DNA of 64,000 bases, taken from the IMG/VR virus record IMGVR_UViG_2767802493_000005, positions 1,868 to 65,867 of that record; one strand, given 5' to 3'. A program made the translations under genes and the position numbers. Each line of letters starts with the position of its first letter. The stretch's first letter is position 1. Below the pieces are notes generated by a model, which saw nothing but the letters and a program-made list of their open reading frames with translations, had not been told where the DNA came from and ran no database searches. Source of the stretch: a virus (taxonomy: Duplodnaviria > Caudoviricetes). Below are positions 1 through 7,766 of this stretch, in pieces.

Positions 1-552
1 ACCAGTAAAGAGCCAACCAACGGGCCCTGGGGCACCAAGCTTCGTCAGTCAGCTGAATCGGGTCGCCTGAGCCCGGAGCAGGAGGTCGAGTACCTGCTGG
101 CGGATCGCCGTGATCACGTGGAGCAGTTCATCGAACCGGCTCTGCAGCGTGGAGAGGTGGTGATTCTCGACCGCTATTTTCCGTCGATGGTCGCCTACCA
201 GGGTGCCGCCGGGCTGCCGGTTGAGGACCTGTCGAAGGCCAACGACTTCGCGCCCCGGCCCCACCTGATGCTTCTTCTCGACGTTGAGCCAGCCACTGGC
301 CTGGAACGTATCCGTGCACGTGGGGATAGGCCGAACCACTTCGAGAACGAGGAGAATCTGGCTCTGTGCCGGAAGATTTTCCTGGACATGTCCGAGCGCA
401 CGAAGTGTGTGATCGACGCCTCCCAGCCTGAATCAGAGGTTTTGGACGCCTCCTATGTGATGGTGATCCGACAGTTCGCTCAGAACCTGGGGGATCCGTC
501 AGTGGAGAACGTCGAGAAATTGGGCGCCCTCATGGAGGGGCACCTGGCTTAA
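1..552 (+). CDS. tmk: Thymidylate (dTMP) kinase family protein, 5'-truncated by the window
   Basis: Frame 1 is open from base 1: TSKEPT..., LLADRRDH, VILDRYFPSMVAYQG, LLLDVEPATGLERIRARG..FE match Tmk motifs; the P-loop lies upstream of the window. Confidence 0.85.
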   Translation, partial: TSKEPTNGPWGTKLRQSAESGRLSPEQEVEYLLADRRDHVEQFIEPALQRGEVVILDRYFPSMVAYQGAAGLPVEDLSKANDFAPRPHLMLLLDVEPATGLERIRARGDRPNHFENEENLALCRKIFLDMSERTKCVIDASQPESEVLDASYVMVIRQFAQNLGDPSVENVEKLGALMEGHLA

Positions 553-565
553 CTAAGTCAGGATT

Positions 566-609
566 CAATCGCAGGATCTGCGACGCGCGGCCGTATCCTT
601 CCGGCCATG
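566..609 (+). promoter_or_regulatory. Palindromic operator TCGCAG-N3-CTGCGA plus -10 TATCCT, probable leaderless start
   Basis: CAATCGCAGgatCTGCGAC-N7-CGTATCCTtCCGGCCATG; the same motif with identical spacing occurs at 60727-60770. Confidence 0.6.
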
Positions 610-1116
610 CTTCCTTCGCACGGCTACCAAGGCTTCCGCACCGCCCCGATCCCCACCGGCTGGGTCCAGATGGGTGATATCTGGGTGCTGTGGTGGAGTG
701 GTCGACAGATCGCCAACATCAGATGCGGCAAGGATGGCGCTGTGCGCGTGCGTCTGGATGCCCGGAAGATGTGGCAGATCAAGGAAGTCCCGGCCGCCAG
801 CATCGCCCAGGGCAAGCGCTACGCCGAGCGGTGGTGCGCAGTCCGGCTCTACCCGGAGATGCGCCTGCGCGCGGCTGTGGCCCGGCTGCTGGACACCACA
901 CCAGCCGAACCGCTCGAACCGCTGCCCGGGCTGCCACCGACCCGCGAGCAGCAGGATCAGGCCCGGCGCCTGGCCGAGGCGACCGCGCTCGCCACAGCGC
1001 GGGTCAAGGAAGCGTTGGAGCCCTCCAAGCCGATGCCGGCGACCAAGCCCCGCCCGAGGGACGCCCGGAAGGCGTGGGTGAGGGCAGGGCTGCAGCAGAT
1101 GCGGCGGGGCGTGTAG
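607..1116 (+). CDS. Hypothetical protein, homologous to prophage ORF 60768-61112
   Basis: Shared DG..V.LD...S..QG...AE.W pattern and shared upstream motif. Confidence 0.65.
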   Translation: MLPSHGYQGFRTAPIPTGWVQMGDIWVLWWSGRQIANIRCGKDGAVRVRLDARKMWQIKEVPAASIAQGKRYAERWCAVRLYPEMRLRAAVARLLDTTPAEPLEPLPGLPPTREQQDQARRLAEATALATARVKEALEPSKPMPATKPRPRDARKAWVRAGLQQMRRGV

Positions 1117-1119
1117 GCG

Positions 1120-2325
1120 TCATCCGGCCCGCAGCTTCACCACGTTGCCATCGCGCAGGCCATCGAGATAATCCGCCCAGACCTGCATCATCCGCACGCG
1201 CTCCTGCAGGTGAGATGTGCGGTTGTAGGCCCGCCCGTTGGGATCCTTAACCGCGTGCGCCAGCTGGTGCTCGATGATGTCCGGGCGGAAGTGCAGGACC
1301 TCGTCCAGAATGGTGCGAGCGGTCGCGCGGAAGCCGTGGCCGGTCATCATCGTGCGGTCGTAACCCATGTTGCGCAGCGCTGCGGTTACGGCGTTCTCCG
1401 ACATCGGGCGTTTCGGATCGCGGGCGCCAGAGAACACCCACTTGTGCCGGCCGGTGATCGGCTTGATGTCCTCCAAGATCTGCAGCGCCTGTTTGGAGAG
1501 CGGCACCAGGTGTGCAGCACGCATCTTCATCTTGCTGGCGGGGATGGTCCACACGGCCGCGTCGAGGTCGAATTCCTCCCATTCCGCATGCCGCAGTTCT
1601 CCAGGACGCAGGAACACCAGCGGCGCCAGCCGCAGCGCCGCCCGGGTGATGGCAGATCCGCTGTATGCCTCGATGGAGCGCAGCAGGCCACCCAGCTGCA
1701 CGGGGTCGGTAATCGCTGCGTGGTGGGCTTCCTTCGGCGGCGCGAGCGCTCCCTTCAGGTCGGCAACAGGGTTTCGCTCCGCCCGGCCAGTGGCCACGGC
1801 GTACCGCATGATCTGGCCGCAGTTCTGCATGATCCGGTGCGCAGACTCGATCGCGCCGCGCTCCTCGATGCGCCGGGCCACACGGAGGAAGTCCGGCGCG
1901 GAAAGGTCGGCGACAGAGCGAGACCCGATCCACGGGAACACGTCGTTCTTCATCCAGGCCTCGACCTTCTCCGCATAGCTGGGCACCCAGGGGCGCGCGG
2001 CCAGCCACTCATTGGCGATGGTCTCGAAGCTGTCCGAGCCGAGGGCGGAATGGGCGAGGGCAGCGGCCTTCTTCTGCGCGCCCGGATCGACGCCTCGGGC
2101 CAGCAGCCGGCGGGCTTCGTCGCGGGCCTCGCGCGCGCGCGCCAAGGAGACATCCGGGTACAGGCCGATCGACAGCAGCTTCTCCTTGCCGGCGATGCGG
2201 TACTTCCAGCGCCAGCTGCGCGCGCCGGTCGGGGTGAGATAGAGGTACAGGCCGCCACCGTCGGTGATCTTCTGCGGCTTGTCGCTGGGCTTGGCGCGCC
2301 TGATGGCTGCGTCGGTCAGAGGCAT
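1120..2325 (-). CDS. int: P4-family tyrosine integrase (Arm-DNA-binding N-terminus)
   Basis: MPLTDAAIRRAKP..KITDGGGLYL..GARSWRWKYR; catalytic LRPGELR, HGFRATART, EHQLAH, AYNR; start moved to ATG 2325. Confidence 0.95.
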   Translation of the reverse strand: MPLTDAAIRRAKPSDKPQKITDGGGLYLYLTPTGARSWRWKYRIAGKEKLLSIGLYPDVSLARAREARDEARRLLARGVDPGAQKKAAALAHSALGSDSFETIANEWLAARPWVPSYAEKVEAWMKNDVFPWIGSRSVADLSAPDFLRVARRIEERGAIESAHRIMQNCGQIMRYAVATGRAERNPVADLKGALAPPKEAHHAAITDPVQLGGLLRSIEAYSGSAITRAALRLAPLVFLRPGELRHAEWEEFDLDAAVWTIPASKMKMRAAHLVPLSKQALQILEDIKPITGRHKWVFSGARDPKRPMSENAVTAALRNMGYDRTMMTGHGFRATARTILDEVLHFRPDIIEHQLAHAVKDPNGRAYNRTSHLQERVRMMQVWADYLDGLRDGNVVKLRAG

Positions 2326-2376
2326 TGGGGGTATCGCTTCAGTGGGTGCGGTCGGATACCCCTTGATATACCCCCA
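2325..2376. repeat. Arm-type integrase binding repeats (ATACCCC / GGGGTAT)
   Basis: TGGGGGTATC 2325-2334, GATACCCC 2355-2362 and ATATACCCCCA 2366-2376 lie between the int start and the att. Confidence 0.6.
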
Positions 2377-2422
2377 CCGTCTCATGGATTGAAACGGATT
2401 GCCCCGGTCTGCTGCGGACAAT

Positions 2423-2465
2423 AAAAAAGCCCGGAAACCCTTGTGATGCGGGGGTTTCCGGGCTT
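2423..2465 (-). terminator. Intrinsic terminator downstream of ssrA
   Basis: 14-bp stem AAGCCCGGAAACCC/GGGTTTCCGGGCTT followed by a U-tract on the minus strand. Confidence 0.85.
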
Positions 2466-2490
2466 CTCCGGTCCTTGACGAACCGTTCGT

Positions 2491-2844
2491 TGGTGGAGGT
2501 GGGCGGAATTGAACCGCCGTCCGAAGGCACTCCATCCCCAGCACTACATGCTTAGCTCACCGTTGGATCTCGTCCCCGAACAGCACGGTGCGCAAAGCGC
2601 ATCCGGGAACCAGCCTGTTGTGTTCTAGTGCCGGACTGACAGGCAGCCACCCAGCGCGATTCCATGATAGTGACTCTACACCGCGAGCATGGACACAAGC
2701 GGTTTCGAGGCTTAGGCCTTAAGCGGCCAGAGCGTAGTTGTCGTCGTTGGCAACTAGAGTTTTGCAGCTGGATTTACGAGGAAAGCTACCCCCTCGGCAT
2801 GCGCCAGGCGACTTCACAACCCCCGTCGAAACCAATGCACCCCC
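2491..2844 (-). ncRNA. ssrA: tmRNA; tag peptide ANDDNYALAA* at 2751-2719
   Basis: 5' GGGGGTGCATTGGTTTCGACGGGG; tag ORF GCCAACGACGACAACTACGCTCTGGCCGCTTAA; 3' T-arm GGCGGTTCAATTCCGCCCACCTCCACCA. Confidence 0.98.
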
Positions 2845-2851
2845 GGTTTCT
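2833..2851. repeat. attL core
   Basis: CAATGCACCCCCGGTTTCT identical to 62678-62696; covers tmRNA nt 1-12 plus 7 nt of leader. Confidence 0.93.
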
Positions 2852-2880
2852 TCAAGTATTGCAAGGCTTTCAGGCCCCTG

Positions 2881-2900
2881 GTTGACCAAATGTTGACCAA
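2881..2900. repeat. Integrase arm-type sites GTTGACCAA x2 (left arm)
   Basis: 2881-2889 and 2892-2900; the same 9-mer occurs three times near attR. Confidence 0.8.
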
Positions 2901-2910
2901 GAACCCGCCT

Positions 2911-2955
2911 AACGATGCGAATGTTACGGCAATCTTCCTGAACAGTCACGTGGTC
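2911..2955 (-). promoter_or_regulatory. Phage-borne copy of the ssrA sigma70 promoter (-35 GTGACT 2949-2944, 17 bp, -10 TAACAT 2926-2921)
   Basis: 43/45 identical to host-side block 62751-62795; canonical spacing; points into ssrA. Confidence 0.8.
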
Positions 2956-3559
2956 AGCCGGCACTGGCCGGCGGTCCGTCCCCGAGCTCGGGGTGGGTGT
3001 TCAGGTAGTCGATCACGTCATCTTGGAAGAATTGGCCGCGAAAGTAGCTGTGCGGGGCATTCAATGCGACCAATTCGGCTAGATATCTACGGGTGGACAC
3101 GCGATTGATGATGAATTGTCGATCGATAAGCAGCACTTTGTCGTGCGGTTCGGCCGACACGTCTATCACCCGGCCCGGAGGTGCGTCGGGCAAGGGGGTG
3201 TCACAGGGAGTCTTATCGTTGTTGATCTCGACCAAACGATCAAAATGCGTAGCGGTCGCATCCGTGCTGAGGATGTACTCACCACCTTCCATCACTCCCA
3301 TGTACTCGAAGGCGCCGAGCGGACCAGTGTGCTGAATCATTGGCACGTGCCCTTCTTCGTGAAGCCGCCCGCGAACTAAGCCGCCGCTGCGAGCGTCCAC
3401 GATCCAGCCTGCCAAGAACGCGGAAGTGAACTCTTCAGGAGTGCGGATGAAAAGCAGATCGTCATCGCCCCCCGCCGGCGGAGGCGTGGCAGGGGCGGTC
3501 CGTGCGCCTGTCGAATCGTCGTCCATTCCCAGGCTCCAGTCGTTCAGGTACGTCAGCAT
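2954..3559 (-). CDS. Hypothetical accessory protein with an internal repeat
   Basis: GGLVRGRLHEEG..EGGEYILSTDATATHFDRLVEINN and a second FIINRVSTRRYLAELVALNA; lies between int and attL. Confidence 0.65.
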   Translation of the reverse strand: MLTYLNDWSLGMDDDSTGARTAPATPPPAGGDDDLLFIRTPEEFTSAFLAGWIVDARSGGLVRGRLHEEGHVPMIQHTGPLGAFEYMGVMEGGEYILSTDATATHFDRLVEINNDKTPCDTPLPDAPPGRVIDVSAEPHDKVLLIDRQFIINRVSTRRYLAELVALNAPHSYFRGQFFQDDVIDYLNTHPELGDGPPASAG

Positions 3560-3565
3560 AGCCCA

Positions 3566-4729
3566 CTAGACGGCAGACTTCGGCATCCACACTGCAGCGG
3601 CCTTGGCGCCGGCGTCAGGGACCATTGAGGGGATCCACCGGCCGTACTTCTTGGCAGTGATCGTCCAGTCGCGATGCCCCATCTGCCTCGCCACCCACAT
3701 GACGTTTTCGCCCGCGCTGAGCGCCTGGGACGCGAAGGTGTGGCGCATCTGATACGGGTACCGGTACCGGACGCCAGCCTTGCGCAGCGCGCGCTGCCAT
3801 TCGCCGGCGCGGATGCTCTGATCCGACCCCCACCGTGCGTTCGTCCTGGGGTCGTGGAAGACGAACTCGCCGGCGGTGGCGGTATGGGCGCGCTGGGCCT
3901 TCAGGGCCTCGATCGCTGGCTGCAGCAGCTGCACTTCGCGCACGCCGGACTCGGTCTTGGGGGCCTTCATCTTGCCCATGACCCAGGCGCGTCGGATCTT
4001 GACCGTGCCCTTGCGCCAATCGATGTCCGACCAGCAGAGACCGATCATTTCCGAGGTGCGCAGGCCCGTGGCGAAGTTGAACTGGCAATAGTTGCGGACT
4101 TGGTCCTCGCGGCAGGCGGCCAGGATCGCGTGGACTTCCTCCGGCGTGAAGGGGTCGACCTCTTCGCGTGCGTTGGCCTTGGCGCGCCGCTTCACCCTGA
4201 ATCCATCGAGGGGATTGCTTGGGATCAAGTCGTCGGCCACCGCCTCGTCCAGGGCGCCGCGGAGCGGGCCCAGGACGTTGTTGATGCGCTTGGCCGACGT
4301 CGACTCGTCAAACGTGGCCACCAGCTCCTTCAGCGCGATACGGTCGAAGTCACGCAGCGCGATCGACCCGCAGCGCGGCACCAGGATGTTCTCGACGATG
4401 CGCCGGTAGCCAATTAGGCTGCTGTGCTCGAGCTCAGGCTCCTTCTGTGCCAGCCACCGTGTCAGCACCTGCTCCAGGGTGTCGAGGGCCGCTGGCTTCT
4501 CCGCCACCTGTACCGCGCGCTTGCTGCCGGGGAAGTGGGTGGCATAGTCGAAGGTGCCTTTCTCGATCTCGACCTTGATCTGCCCCAGCAGATTCTCGCA
4601 GTAGCGCAGGTTACGAGCGGTCGGGGCGAGCTTGATCCGCTCACGGCAACGCTTGCCCCGATAGTAGAAGTCTATTGCGATGCTGCTCTGTGTAGCTGGC
4701 CTGACGCCGCTTTGCCGTGCATTACCCAC
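3566..4729 (-). CDS. int: Prophage tyrosine integrase (DUF3596/Arm-DNA-binding type N-terminus)
   Basis: SIAIDFYYRGKRCRE..IEKGTFDYATHFPGS; TGLRTSE, YQMRHTFASQAL, QMGH, KYGRW. Confidence 0.95.
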   Translation of the reverse strand: MGNARQSGVRPATQSSIAIDFYYRGKRCRERIKLAPTARNLRYCENLLGQIKVEIEKGTFDYATHFPGSKRAVQVAEKPAALDTLEQVLTRWLAQKEPELEHSSLIGYRRIVENILVPRCGSIALRDFDRIALKELVATFDESTSAKRINNVLGPLRGALDEAVADDLIPSNPLDGFRVKRRAKANAREEVDPFTPEEVHAILAACREDQVRNYCQFNFATGLRTSEMIGLCWSDIDWRKGTVKIRRAWVMGKMKAPKTESGVREVQLLQPAIEALKAQRAHTATAGEFVFHDPRTNARWGSDQSIRAGEWQRALRKAGVRYRYPYQMRHTFASQALSAGENVMWVARQMGHRDWTITAKKYGRWIPSMVPDAGAKAAAVWMPKSAV

Positions 4730-4950
4730 TCTTCGTACCCCTCCAGGTCGATCAGGTTTCTTCCATCCGGCGCCTTGATGAACACGGCACCCTCCAGCCA
4801 GTCGCCCCGCTTGATCTTCGAGTTGACCGCGTCGACCGTGTAGCCGGTCAGCGTCTCGAACTGTTTGAGCGTGACGAACCGGACCGGGCGCAGATTCGCG
4901 GGGGATGCGCCCCTCGACAATCCTCGCGCTGAGGGGGCGTGGCTACTCAT
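4672..4950 (-). CDS. xis: Excisionase
   Basis: RFVTLKQFETLTGYTVDAVNSKIKRGDWLEG..KAPDGRNLIDLEGYEEWV; overlaps the int start; ATG 4950 overlaps the end of the upstream gene. Confidence 0.8.
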   Translation of the reverse strand: MSSHAPSARGLSRGASPANLRPVRFVTLKQFETLTGYTVDAVNSKIKRGDWLEGAVFIKAPDGRNLIDLEGYEEWVMHGKAASGQLHRAASQ

Positions 4951-5173
4951 GGGACACCGCCTGCAGGCTCCAGAGGACCGACGGCCGCTCGTCGGGGCCG
5001 TGGAAAGGCGCGCGCCGCACGCGGCCGGTCTTGGCCAACTGGTGCAGGTAGCTGCTGACCCGGTTCGAAGGCAACTGCAGTTCGGCGGCCAGCTCCCCGG
5101 CCAGGCCCGGCCCCTCCTGCAGCAGCTGCAGGATCCGGGTGGCTGTGCCGACGGCAATGCCTGCGTCAGCCAT
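4943..5173 (-). CDS. Small winged-HTH protein
   Basis: RILQLLQEGPGLAGELAAELQLPSNRVSSYLHQLAKTGRV. Confidence 0.7.
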   Translation of the reverse strand: MADAGIAVGTATRILQLLQEGPGLAGELAAELQLPSNRVSSYLHQLAKTGRVRRAPFHGPDERPSVLWSLQAVSHE

Positions 5174-5435
5174 GGTCTACCTCGTCCGCTGTGACGTGGC
5201 CCGGGCATCCGGTGCCGGTGTAGTCGAAGCCCTCACAGGGAGCGAGCGGGATGACCTTGCGGCCACTGGCCAGGTGGTCGGCCAGCACCCGCCGGGCTTC
5301 CGCTGCAGTTACCGGCTCTCCTGGCGGATTGCGTTGAAAGAGCCCGTCCAGATCCTGGTCGGTCATGTTCGACAGTGCGCCGGCGACGTCCAGGTGCACG
5401 TGGTAGCGCACGGGCAGGCGGTCAGAAGAATTCAT
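5166..5435 (-). CDS. Phage hypothetical protein
   Basis: ATGA-coupled start MNSSDRLPVRYHVHLD within the leftward operon. Confidence 0.6.
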   Translation of the reverse strand: MNSSDRLPVRYHVHLDVAGALSNMTDQDLDGLFQRNPPGEPVTAAEARRVLADHLASGRKVIPLAPCEGFDYTGTGCPGHVTADEVDHG

Positions 5436-5992
5436 GCGTCGGGCTCCTGGTGTTCGGCGCTGCGCTCGGCAGCATTCAAGGCGGCGCGCCGCTGGGCGAA
5501 GCCGCGGCAGGCGCTGATGGCGTTGCCGTGCTCGTCGACGGCTTCGTGGCAGAGGAAGGGGCGTTCGCCCGGGGTAGAGCAGTAGTCCGCGTCCTCCGTG
5601 GTCGGGAGGCACTGGTTGGCCACGGTGCCGGCGCGGAACGCACAGCCCCCGCAGAGCGGGCCAGGGTCGACGCCGGCGGCCAGCACAATGCCGTTGAGCG
5701 CGCCCAGGATGCAGGGCATGTTCACGCGCTCGGCCTCGTGCGGCCACACGTGACCCTGCAGCACCAGCAGGTCCTCGGCCTGCTGGCGGGCGTTGCGGGC
5801 GACCTGGTTGGCCAGGCCAATGAACTCGCCGAACAGGTCGGCCATAGCGCGGGTGCCGATCCGCGCGGCCAGGCGTCGCAGCGCCGGCCGGCGGAGATCC
5901 ATGGGTACCGCCGCAATCGCGCGTAATTCCATGGCCAGATCTGGGTGGATGTTGTGGTCGGTGGCGCGATCGCGCGCTGCGGGGTCAGCCAT
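5432..5992 (-). CDS. Hypothetical protein with a Cys-rich putative metal-binding C-terminus
   Basis: LCGGCAFR..QC..YC..FLCHE..ACRGF; overlapping junctions. Confidence 0.6.
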   Translation of the reverse strand: MADPAARDRATDHNIHPDLAMELRAIAAVPMDLRRPALRRLAARIGTRAMADLFGEFIGLANQVARNARQQAEDLLVLQGHVWPHEAERVNMPCILGALNGIVLAAGVDPGPLCGGCAFRAGTVANQCLPTTEDADYCSTPGERPFLCHEAVDEHGNAISACRGFAQRRAALNAAERSAEHQEPDA

Positions 5993-6281
5993 GGTCGATG
6001 ACCTCCCCTGTGCGGCTCCGCCACACGTCGCAGATGCCATGCGGCTTGGTCAGGAAGTTCCCGAAGCTGCAGCGGTCCACGATGGGGTTCAGGATGGGAT
6101 CCTTTCGCAGCGGCACCTTGCGCGTAACCATGTTGCCCCGACGATTCGGCCGGGAGACAAACCGGTGAAGGGTGTGGGGCTCGCGGCGGAAATAGACACA
6201 GGTCATGCAACGCGGCGGGTCGGGGTCGAAATTCTGAGCGGCCTTTGCCCCATGGGCGACCACGGTCATGTGCTCAGCCAT
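5985..6281 (-). CDS. Small Cys-containing phage protein
   Basis: RCMTCVYF..RC..GICDVW; operon coupling. Confidence 0.6.
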   Translation of the reverse strand: MAEHMTVVAHGAKAAQNFDPDPPRCMTCVYFRREPHTLHRFVSRPNRRGNMVTRKVPLRKDPILNPIVDRCSFGNFLTKPHGICDVWRSRTGEVIDHG

Positions 6282-7101
6282 TGCACACCGCCTGGCTGTC
6301 GATCAGCGCCAGCAGCGGGTACAGCGCAGCCTGTTCCTTCGATGCCTTGTCGCGTTCACTCCAAGGCATCATGTTGTCGCCGATTACGCTCTGTAGGCGG
6401 GTGTTCACCGCCGACACGACTTCCTGGAACTGCCCCAGGTCCACGGCCTGCACGGCCGCATCAGCACTCGCTGCCTGCCAGAACGGCTCCGCCCAGTGCC
6501 CAGCCGGTGGCGGCGTGTGGCCCTGCGCGCCGACCATCAGCGTGCCGGTGATCACGTCGCACACGCGGGCGCGGATACCTGCCGGGTCGGCATCGAGCGA
6601 GCAGGACAGGCCCACGGCCTGCGCGGGCGGAGCGGCGAACTCGGCCAGCGTGATGCTTCCTTCCTCTGGGCATTCGTCGCACGAGATATGCAGCCCATGC
6701 GCCTTTTCGCCATCATCGCCAGTGATTTCGCCAATCCATGCAGTGCAGTCCAGGAACGGCTGATCTTCGCCAGTGGAAGGGCCGCCGAACGCGAATGCGG
6801 CCGCATCCCACGCTTCGGCCGGGATGCCGAACTGCTTGGGAACCAGGACGAACCCAGCGGGTACATGCCCCACCGGCTGGCGGGCGCCATCAGCGTCCAG
6901 TTCTCCGGAATTTCCGGACAGCTGATTTGATGCCGCCGGCTGGCTGACCATTTTGCGGTCTTGCGCAAGATGGTCCCCCACCGGCTGGCGGGCGGCCAGT
7001 TCAGCCTCAGCGCGCAATGCACGCTCCTGCCAGTGGTCAATCGGTCCGTGCAGCGTGCCGTCGCCGCTCGGGCAGGAGCAGGCGTTGTTGACGTCGTTCA
7101 T
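6274..7101 (-). CDS. Mosaic early phage protein (Ead/Ea22-like style)
   Basis: ATGA-coupled start MNDVNNACSC; recurring ARQPVG linkers typical of these mosaic genes. Confidence 0.5.
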   Translation of the reverse strand: MNDVNNACSCPSGDGTLHGPIDHWQERALRAEAELAARQPVGDHLAQDRKMVSQPAASNQLSGNSGELDADGARQPVGHVPAGFVLVPKQFGIPAEAWDAAAFAFGGPSTGEDQPFLDCTAWIGEITGDDGEKAHGLHISCDECPEEGSITLAEFAAPPAQAVGLSCSLDADPAGIRARVCDVITGTLMVGAQGHTPPPAGHWAEPFWQAASADAAVQAVDLGQFQEVVSAVNTRLQSVIGDNMMPWSERDKASKEQAALYPLLALIDSQAVCNG

Positions 7102-7766
7102 GCTTCGATCCTCTTGAAGGTGATGACCCACACCCAGGGATTGCTGTTCCAGTCGCCGCCGGTGCTGTCCCACAGCGCGCTGAAGGCGATGCGCTCGTCC
7201 CCGGTGTCCAGGTCGCGAACGGGGGTGTCCTGCTCGCCGGCCCACGCCATGGCGCCCTCGGCAAGGGCATCGGCTGGGCGGATGGCCTGCAGCCGCTCCA
7301 CGCGCACATCGGTGATCTCCAACATCAGGCGGCAGGCCCAGCGGGGCATGTGGATCGATGGCAGATTGCCGCGAGCTGCAGCGTCGGGCAGATACCAGCT
7401 GTCCGGCACGGGAGCCTGAGACCAGGTGTGCAGCACCCATTCCCCGTCAGCCGCGAAGGTCACGCCGACGCTGTCGCAGTCGCAGGTATCCATCGCGCAG
7501 CTGTGCACGGTCTGCGGTCGCCATGTTTCCCTGACCCACAGCCGATCCCCTGGCTGCCCGAACGGGCACCGGAAGCCCGTCGTCATTTCCTGGCTGCCGG
7601 CGATGCGGAACTCGCCGGCATTGGAGAAGGCGCGGGCCTGGCTGAAGTCTGGATTGCAGCCAGGACGCCAAGGGATGCCCTTGATCGCGCGCCGTGTCTG
7701 AGTCTTCTGGCCTGCCAGGATCGCGCGCACCATGGCGCCGTTGAACAGGATGGGATGCTCACGCAT
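7098..7766 (-). CDS. ASCH/PUA-like phage protein
   Basis: MREHPILFNGAMVRAILAGQKTQTRR..PGDRLWVRETW..PSIHMPRWACRLMLEITDVRVERLQ..NPWVWVITF. Confidence 0.8.
   Translation of the reverse strand: MREHPILFNGAMVRAILAGQKTQTRRAIKGIPWRPGCNPDFSQARAFSNAGEFRIAGSQEMTTGFRCPFGQPGDRLWVRETWRPQTVHSCAMDTCDCDSVGVTFAADGEWVLHTWSQAPVPDSWYLPDAAARGNLPSIHMPRWACRLMLEITDVRVERLQAIRPADALAEGAMAWAGEQDTPVRDLDTGDERIAFSALWDSTGGDWNSNPWVWVITFKRIEA

Larger units (their letters stand above)
1..2490. mobile_element. Right end of a P4-integrase-type genomic island or satellite integrated at the ssrA 3' end (continues left of the window)
   Basis: P4-family integrase with arm-type ATACCCC repeats immediately downstream of the tmRNA 3' CCA; the other att is not in the window. 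Confidence 0.8.

Noticed and set aside
2326-2544. N-terminal extension of the P4-type integrase ORF (track start 2544)
   Set aside because: Runs through arm sites, the terminator and the tmRNA 3' end; family homology starts at MPLTDAA (2325).
4943-6281. Anti-CRISPR/aca cluster (small genes next to an HTH)
   Set aside because: The HTH is at the operon end next to xis, with no dedicated promoter or recognisable Acr; this is ordinary early-operon content.
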